This document shows, piece after piece, positions 58,058-64,000 of a stretch of 64,000 nucleotides of DNA. Under the pieces are notes generated by a model. That model searched no databases. It had not been told where the DNA came from and was given only the letters and a program-made list of their open reading frames with translations. Made by a program: the position numbers and the translations under genes. Location of the stretch: positions 1,340,077-1,404,076 of the forward strand of contig OY970388.1 of assembly GCA_963720185.1 (NCBI GenBank). The letters run 5' to 3'. The first letter of the stretch is position 1. Every line of letters begins with the position of its first letter. The DNA is from Vulcanimicrobiota bacterium (GTDB lineage: Bacteria > Vulcanimicrobiota > Vulcanimicrobiia > Vulcanimicrobiales > Vulcanimicrobiaceae).

Positions 58058-60728
58058 CGCGTCGAAAACCACGGCGGCGGAAAAGCCGATCTGGTTTTTT
58101 GAGGAAGGTTCAGCGCAGATGCGCGATTTGCTCGGCGGCAAAGGCGCAGGTCTCGCGGAGATGACGCGCGCCGGGCTTCCGGTTCCGCCCGGCTTTACGA
58201 TCACCGCCGACGTCTGTCTGCAGTACTATGCCTGCGGCCGGCGATATCCGCCGGGTTTGCAAGACGCGGTCACGGCTGCAATGCGGGAGCTGGAGCGAAG
58301 AACCGGCAAACGGTTCGGCGATCCCGATGCACCGCTGCTGGTCTCCGTACGCAGCGGTGCGCGCGTTTCCATGCCGGGCATGATGGATACGATTCTCAAT
58401 CTCGGCTTGAACGATGCCACCGTGCAGGGCCTCGCACGATTGAGCGGCGATGCCCGCTTTGCGTGGGACGCGTACCGGCGCTTCATCATGATGTTCGGCT
58501 CGGTGGTGCTGCACATTGAAAAAGATCGGTTCGAATCGTGCATCGAGGAGCGCAAGCGCGCGTTGGGTGTCGAGCGAGATACGCAGCTCGATGCCGCGGC
58601 ATGGCAAGACTTATGCGAACGCTTCAAAGCGATCATGCGGGACGTGAGCGGCCGCGAATTTCCGCAGGACGTTGAAGAGCAACTGAATCTGGCAATTCGC
58701 GCCGTTTTCGATTCGTGGCAATCCAAACGCGCCGCGGACTACCGCAGGTATCACAAAATTCCCGACGATTGGGGAACGGCGGTCAACGTCGTCGCGATGG
58801 TCTTCGGAAATATGGGGGACGATTCTGGAACGGGCGTCGCCTTTACGCGCAACCCCAACACGGGCGAGCGCCAAATATTCGGCGAGTACCTCCGCAACGC
58901 GCAAGGGGAAGACGTCGTCGCCGGCATCCGGACCCCCGAAAAAATTGCGGACCTGCAGCGGTCGCAACCGGAGATTTACCGGCAGTTCATGGAGATCGCT
59001 TCGCGGCTAGAGCGGCACTACCGCGACATGCAGGACCTCGAGTTTACGATCGAGCGGGGCAAACTGTACATGCTGCAGACGCGCACCGGGAAGCGAAGCG
59101 CCGAGGCGGCGGTGAAGATTGCGGCGGATTTAGTGGCCGAAGGCATCATCGACCGGCGCGAAGCGTTGGCGCGCGTGCCGGCCGCATCGCTGGATCAACT
59201 CTTTCATGCACGCATCGACGCCACGCAGCACTACGCTGCCGCGGCCAAAGGTTTGAACGCGTCGCCCGGAGCGGCGTCCGGCCGAGCCGTTTTCGATGCC
59301 GACACCGCGCAACAACGCGGCGATGCCCACGAAGCGGTCATCCTGGTACGCGAAGAGACGACGCCGGACGACGTGCATGGCATGATCGCGGCGCAAGGCG
59401 TTCTGACGGCAAAAGGCGGCGCGACGTCACACGCCGCCGTCGTCGCCCGCGGCATGGGAAAACCGTGCGTCTCCGGATGTGAAGCGCTGCAGATCGACCG
59501 GCGCAACCGTCGAGCGAAACTGGGAAACGCATCAATCCAAGAAGGCGATTGGATCACGATCGACGGCACCAGTGGAGACGTCGTCATGGGGCAGCTGGCG
59601 CTGATCGATCCGCCCTCTGAGCTGCCGCCGTGGCTCACCGCATTTCTGCGGTGGGCGGACGATGCACGAACGCTGGAGGTGTGGGCCAACGCCGACACGC
59701 CGCAAGACGCGCGCAAGGCGCGGGAACTCGGTGCCGAGGGGATCGGTTTGTGCCGTACCGAGCACATGTTCATGCAGCAAGAGCGGCTGCCGATCGTTCA
59801 AGAGATGATTCTCTCGGACACGGCGGAAGCGCGTGCATCGGCGCTCGAAGCGTTGCTGCCGTATCAGCGCGGCGATTTTGAGGAGATCCTTCGCGTCATG
59901 CAAGGGCTGCCCGTAACGATTCGCCTGCTCGATCCGCCTTTGCACGAATTTCTTCCTTCGCTGGAATCGCTGCTGGTGGAAACGACCGAACTGCGGTTAC
60001 GTCAAGGCGACAATTCCGCCGAATATCGCGAACGGATGCGCGTGCTGCGGCGCGTGCAGCAACTGCACGAACAAAATCCAATGCTGGGCTTGCGCGTTTG
60101 CCGTTTGGGCATTCTCTATCCCGAAATCTACGCGATGCAGGTGCGAGCGATCTTCGAGGCGGCATGCATGCTTCGCAGCGAAGGAATCGACGTCCGCCCG
60201 CTGGTGATGATTCCGGGCGTCGGCCGCGCAGAAGAGATGCAGTTTACCGCGGACGCGGCGCGCACGATCGCCGACGCGGTCATTGCCGAACGCCGGGTCG
60301 ACGTTCCCTATCGCATCGGAACGATGATCGAGCTGCCGCGAGCGTGCATCGTCGCCGGCGAACTTGCCGCGACTGCGGAGTTTTTCTCATTCGGGACAAA
60401 CGATTTAACGCAAACGACCTATGGCTACAGTCGCGACGACGCCGAAGTGACCTTCATCCCGCGCTATTTGGAACTGAAGATTCTCAAAGAGGATCCGTTC
60501 ATGGTGCTGGATCGTGAGGGCGTTGGGCAGTTGATGGAGGAAGCTGTGCGCCGCGGGCGCGCGGCGCGGCCGGATATAAAGATAGGAATCTGCGGGGAGC
60601 ACGGCGGCGAGCCCTCGAGCATCGCGTTCTGCCATCACTTGGGTTTGGCATACGTTTCGTGCTCGCCGTACCGCGTTCCGATCGCGCGCTTAGCCGCGGC
60701 GCAAGCGGCGATTGGAGCGACGCACTGA
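58047..60728 (+). CDS. ppdK: pyruvate, phosphate dikinase
   Basis: ORF 58011..60728. I preferred the GTG at 58047. The sequence WFFEEGSAQMRDLLGGKGAGLAEM is the PPDK N-terminus. It also has the phosphohistidine region GGATSHAAVVARGMGKP and a PEP-utilising C-terminal domain (GICGEHGGEP). Confidence 0.95.
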   Translation: MSSSASKTTAAEKPIWFFEEGSAQMRDLLGGKGAGLAEMTRAGLPVPPGFTITADVCLQYYACGRRYPPGLQDAVTAAMRELERRTGKRFGDPDAPLLVSVRSGARVSMPGMMDTILNLGLNDATVQGLARLSGDARFAWDAYRRFIMMFGSVVLHIEKDRFESCIEERKRALGVERDTQLDAAAWQDLCERFKAIMRDVSGREFPQDVEEQLNLAIRAVFDSWQSKRAADYRRYHKIPDDWGTAVNVVAMVFGNMGDDSGTGVAFTRNPNTGERQIFGEYLRNAQGEDVVAGIRTPEKIADLQRSQPEIYRQFMEIASRLERHYRDMQDLEFTIERGKLYMLQTRTGKRSAEAAVKIAADLVAEGIIDRREALARVPAASLDQLFHARIDATQHYAAAAKGLNASPGAASGRAVFDADTAQQRGDAHEAVILVREETTPDDVHGMIAAQGVLTAKGGATSHAAVVARGMGKPCVSGCEALQIDRRNRRAKLGNASIQEGDWITIDGTSGDVVMGQLALIDPPSELPPWLTAFLRWADDARTLEVWANADTPQDARKARELGAEGIGLCRTEHMFMQQERLPIVQEMILSDTAEARASALEALLPYQRGDFEEILRVMQGLPVTIRLLDPPLHEFLPSLESLLVETTELRLRQGDNSAEYRERMRVLRRVQQLHEQNPMLGLRVCRLGILYPEIYAMQVRAIFEAACMLRSEGIDVRPLVMIPGVGRAEEMQFTADAARTIADAVIAERRVDVPYRIGTMIELPRACIVAGELAATAEFFSFGTNDLTQTTYGYSRDDAEVTFIPRYLELKILKEDPFMVLDREGVGQLMEEAVRRGRAARPDIKIGICGEHGGEPSSIAFCHHLGLAYVSCSPYRVPIARLAAAQAAIGATH

Positions 60729-63158
60729 GTCCTTGATGTTGGCGATCGCGTCCCACGCGGTGGCTTGCACGCCGCTTTCGGTATCGTTCGCTTCAATCTG
60801 CTGCAACGCCGGAATCGCGGATGACGCGCCGAGGCGACCCAACGCGCGCACCGCCGCCGTGCGTGCGCGGAAATACGGGTCGTGCTGCGCAAGCCGAATC
60901 AAAAACGATTCCACGAGCGCGGGCTTGCGTTTGCCGAGCATACCGAGCGCCGTGATCGCATCCGGACGTTCGGCGTCGGGGACACCGTACGCCGCGTGCG
61001 CTTCCAGCAGCGGAACAGCGCGCAGATCGCCGTAGGAAGCGAGCCCCAACAGCGCGCCCCGCGCGATCGGTTCTCTGAAGGCGTGGCGCCGAAGCCCGTC
61101 AACCAGCAAGGCGTAGGCGGCGTGCGCTTTCGTCGCTCCGAGGCCGCGTAGAGCCGCGCCGGCAATCAACACGTTTGATGAGGCGCTCAGGCGGCGCAGG
61201 TCTGCGATCAATGCACGGTCGCTTGGAGTTTGCAGATTCTCCACTTCGTCGCCGGCCGCAATGACGACCCGAGGATCGCGACCGCGCAACGCTGCGTCGA
61301 TCGCTTGCGCATCGTCGAGCGATGCAGCCGCATCTAATGCGTCCACGCGAACGCCGTAGAACGGATCGAATAGAATTGCTTCACGCACCAGGCTGCGAGC
61401 CATCGCCTTGTCGCGGCCTCGCGCGTTGCCGAGTTGTTCGAGCGCCCACAGACGATCGGCGACGTAGGGCGCGTGCAATGCTTGATAGCCCAATTCCGCC
61501 ATCGGCTTGCGATCGTCCAGTTTTCGCAAGATGTTGTCGTTCGGATCGAAGAGCACCATCTTGGGTGTGCTTGAAATTCCGGCGATCCAAACGGCTTGAT
61601 GGTTTGAGTCAGCCGTGAATCCCATCGTTCTGAAGGTCGTGCCGTAGTACACGGCGACATTGACGGGCATCCTGAACGGTTTTCCGTCGTGATTGCGTTG
61701 CCGCACATCCAGGATAAGCGCGTGGGAACGGCGGCTATACCGTTCCGACACGAAAAAGTGCGGGTAGGCCGCACGATAAAACCATTCTTGCTTGAACCAG
61801 TCCAAATTGCGGCCGAGCGAGCCATTGATGGAAGCGAAGAAGGTTCCCGTGTCCGCGTTCTTGTGCGCGTATTCGTTCAGATAGTCGCGCAGCGCTCCGA
61901 AAAAGCGCTGATCTCCGAGCATGTAGCGGAGCATGTGGAGCACTTCACCGGGCCTTGGATAGCCGCTGGCATCGAACGAATCGTCGGCCGTCGCGTAGAC
62001 GTAGTCAACGATCGGGCGCCAATAGCGCTTCGTTTCGTCGAAATACTCCTGCTGCGCGTGCCAACGCTCGTATTCGAATTGGGCTTCGCCGAAGTGGTGC
62101 TGGGTCCAAAGCTCTTCGAAATAGGTCGCAAAGCCTTCGTTGAGCCAGATGTTCGGCCAATCGGACGTGGTGACGTCGTCTCCCCACCATTGGTGCGCGA
62201 GCTCGTGCGAAACGAGTTCATCACACGGTTGTTCCAGATCGTACTGGGGTGGATGAATGGCCAGTTCAGTCTGCGTCGTTGCGGACGCGTTTTCCATTCC
62301 GCCGGCCGTGAATCGCTCGACCGCGGTTTGGTCGTATTTCTCCCATGGAAACGGCACGCCGATGATGCTCTCGAAAAAGGCGACCATTTCGTGCGTCCGG
62401 CCAAAGCAGAGCGGCGCCCATTTTGCGTCCGCTGGGGAGCTGAAAAAGTCGACCGGCAAATCCTGTCCTCTGCGATTGCGCACGGTGTGGAACTTGACGT
62501 AAGGACCTGCCGTAAACGCAATGAGGTAGGTCGAGATCGGTGATGGTTCGATCCAATCCCACGTCGACGAAGTGCCCAGCGACGCTTGCGATTTCAGATG
62601 CCCATTGGCAATGACCGTCCAGCTGGCGGGCACGGTGATGATCTGCTCGACGGGCGTCTTTTGATTGGGCTCGTCCCACGTGGGAAACCAGCGTCTATTG
62701 TCTTCGGTCTCGCCTTGCGACCAGATTTCCGGCTGCATGCCCGGATAAAAGCGATCGGGCCGGATAAAGTAGATGCCGCGCGTCGGCCGAGCCGTATATC
62801 GCGCCTCGATCGCGAAGGCTTCAGTAGGGCGAGCGCCTTGGGGCAGATCGACGTAGAGATGATCGCCGGCGACGTGGTATGCGGCGGCGGCACCGTTTAT
62901 CGTCACGCTCGTATACCGTAAACCCACGCTGTTGAAGCTCACCTCGCGCAGTCCGGCGCGCTTCGGCGTTACCACGTCGGTCGCGTCGCCGTCAACGATG
63001 CCGCGTGAAAAGTCGAACGATAGCCGCAGAATCGTATTGGCGAAGGCATACGGCGCGAGGGCCGTTTGGTGGTAGTACGCCTTTCCGCGGCCGTACGGTC
63101 GCGGATGAATCGGCGGCGGTGCGAGCGTTGTCGTCAGCAGCGCCAGCGCGCAGATCAT
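60690..63158 (-). CDS. M1 family aminopeptidase (aminopeptidase N-like) with C-terminal HEAT-like repeats
   Basis: From the internal ATG at 63158 of ORF 60690..63314 (MICALALLTTTLAPPP, signal-like). It has GGMENAS, the zinc motif HELAHQWWGD...WLNEGFA, and a helical C-terminal repeat region. The ATG overlaps the upstream HD-protein stop (ATGA). Confidence 0.9.
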   Translation of the reverse strand: MICALALLTTTLAPPPIHPRPYGRGKAYYHQTALAPYAFANTILRLSFDFSRGIVDGDATDVVTPKRAGLREVSFNSVGLRYTSVTINGAAAAYHVAGDHLYVDLPQGARPTEAFAIEARYTARPTRGIYFIRPDRFYPGMQPEIWSQGETEDNRRWFPTWDEPNQKTPVEQIITVPASWTVIANGHLKSQASLGTSSTWDWIEPSPISTYLIAFTAGPYVKFHTVRNRRGQDLPVDFFSSPADAKWAPLCFGRTHEMVAFFESIIGVPFPWEKYDQTAVERFTAGGMENASATTQTELAIHPPQYDLEQPCDELVSHELAHQWWGDDVTTSDWPNIWLNEGFATYFEELWTQHHFGEAQFEYERWHAQQEYFDETKRYWRPIVDYVYATADDSFDASGYPRPGEVLHMLRYMLGDQRFFGALRDYLNEYAHKNADTGTFFASINGSLGRNLDWFKQEWFYRAAYPHFFVSERYSRRSHALILDVRQRNHDGKPFRMPVNVAVYYGTTFRTMGFTADSNHQAVWIAGISSTPKMVLFDPNDNILRKLDDRKPMAELGYQALHAPYVADRLWALEQLGNARGRDKAMARSLVREAILFDPFYGVRVDALDAAASLDDAQAIDAALRGRDPRVVIAAGDEVENLQTPSDRALIADLRRLSASSNVLIAGAALRGLGATKAHAAYALLVDGLRRHAFREPIARGALLGLASYGDLRAVPLLEAHAAYGVPDAERPDAITALGMLGKRKPALVESFLIRLAQHDPYFRARTAAVRALGRLGASSAIPALQQIEANDTESGVQATAWDAIANIKDSVRRSNRRLRRG

Positions 63159-64000
63159 GGCCGGGCGTTCTGCCGGCAGAGTGCGCGCGCCTCCGCGACG
63201 TCGACCAGTTTTCGCTCGACGAAAAGCTTGCGCCAGTATGCTTTTCCCGAGAGCTTCGCGATCAAGTCTGAAGCCTCGCGTGCGTCGATGATCGCCCCCT
63301 GCCCGCCGACCCAAACAGTCCGCTCTTCCGCATCAGCCTGCAGCGGCAAGCGGTGCAGCAACTGCGATTGCTCGTCGCTCCACACCGCATCTCCGTAGCG
63401 CTCCCGTAGCGCCGCGGCGCAGCGGTCGAACGTTTCGAGATCCCGCTGCGCATTGAATTCCGCTGCCAAGGCATATACGCGAATCCGCTCCAACAATGCG
63501 CGCGCCGCTTCGGAATTTGAGTCCCGAAGGTCGTTGAAGACCCGAAAATCATCCCACTCCAGAAACGCTTCAATTGGATCAAGCCGGCGCGGATCGGGAA
63601 TCAGCTCGCGTAACGCCTGCTGAAGAATTCGTTCGAACATACGTGTCGTGTGATGGAAGTAGACGGCGGCAAACATCAGATAGCGCGCAAGCACGAATGC
63701 TTCGAGCGCGATGACGCCGCGGCGATCGATGCCGAGCACCGGCGCTCCACCCGCATTAAAAACGCGCAGCGACGTCACGAGTTGATCGACGTCGTAACGG
63801 CCGCCCGAGACGCCGGTAAAGTAGGCATCGCGCAGCAAATAGTCCATGCGATCGGCATCGAGGTTTGGACCGCTCACAAGCTCGGTTAAGACAGGATATG
63901 CGTCGCCCGCGGTGCCGACGATCAGTCCGAGCACGTGCGACGGGTCGACATCGAGCGCCGCCAAATGCTCGCGCAGCTGCGGCAGCTCCAGAAGCGCGCG
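63155..64000 (-). CDS. HD domain-containing phosphohydrolase. This is the C-terminal part; the gene runs off the right edge.
   Basis: The frame stays open to position 64000; the first residue in the ORF track at 63964 is an internal TTG. The sequence LDADRMDYLLRDAYFTGVSGGRYD is the conserved distal motif of HD phosphohydrolases of the SAMHD1/dGTPase-like type. Confidence 0.75.
   Translation of the reverse strand, partial: RALLELPQLREHLAALDVDPSHVLGLIVGTAGDAYPVLTELVSGPNLDADRMDYLLRDAYFTGVSGGRYDVDQLVTSLRVFNAGGAPVLGIDRRGVIALEAFVLARYLMFAAVYFHHTTRMFERILQQALRELIPDPRRLDPIEAFLEWDDFRVFNDLRDSNSEAARALLERIRVYALAAEFNAQRDLETFDRCAAALRERYGDAVWSDEQSQLLHRLPLQADAEERTVWVGGQGAIIDAREASDLIAKLSGKAYWRKLFVERKLVDVAEARALCRQNARP

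Noticed and set aside
60690-60728. The 39-nt convergent overlap of ppdK and the M1 aminopeptidase as evidence of a mis-called end
   Set aside because: Both C-termini read plausibly, and no earlier in-frame stop exists. It is recorded only as part of the general compaction.

Overview
This is a GC-rich (over 60% by eye, not computed), very compact bacterial chromosomal segment. It holds about 60 protein-coding genes, and the largest spacers are about 280, 250 and 200 nt. By eye I found no rRNA or tRNA genes, no CRISPR array, and no transposase, integrase or phage genes. All calls come from motif recognition by recall plus hand translation; no database search was possible.

Gene content is core housekeeping:
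- Lipoate and 2-oxoacid metabolism: lpdA-lipB-lipA, with an RND pump and a rhodanese in the same tightly coupled string.
- Chaperones: dnaK-grpE-dnaJ, followed by a VOC protein and an ABC exporter.
- RNA, protein and cell-division functions: htrA, rnj, ftsK, secA, prfB, glycyl-tRNA synthetase, ppdK, an M1 aminopeptidase, mnmA, rlmN and ychF.
- Base-excision repair: a mutY-like gene, nth and a family-4 UDG.
- Menaquinone synthesis by the futalosine route: mqnE-mqnA-mqnC.
- Metabolism: gdh, an acyl-CoA dehydrogenase and scoAB.
- Cell envelope: RodZ-like, YajQ, LCP, polysaccharide deacetylase, an NHL lipoprotein, a histidine kinase, DUF2079 and GT9.
- An ECF sigma / anti-sigma pair.

The lineage cannot be assigned from the sequence alone.

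I did not find a convincing novel multi-gene system. The observations most worth a second look are:
1. An orphan Cys-free, Lys-free, Gly/Ser/Thr/Asn-rich protein with a GD-PH Asp-Pro autocleavage-type motif (45876..46721).
2. An AcrB-like RND gene whose conserved N-terminus has only a CTG at the Met1-equivalent position. It has no adaptor or outer-membrane partner and sits inside the lipoate operon.
3. A canonical programmed +1 frameshift in prfB.
4. Four additional, apparently non-programmed reading-frame breaks in otherwise conserved genes (SBP, NHL lipoprotein, GT9, AhpD-like). These most likely reflect assembly indels or recent pseudogenisation.
5. Several unusual gene overlaps, including a 110-nt convergent overlap at nth and CATG divergent start codons.
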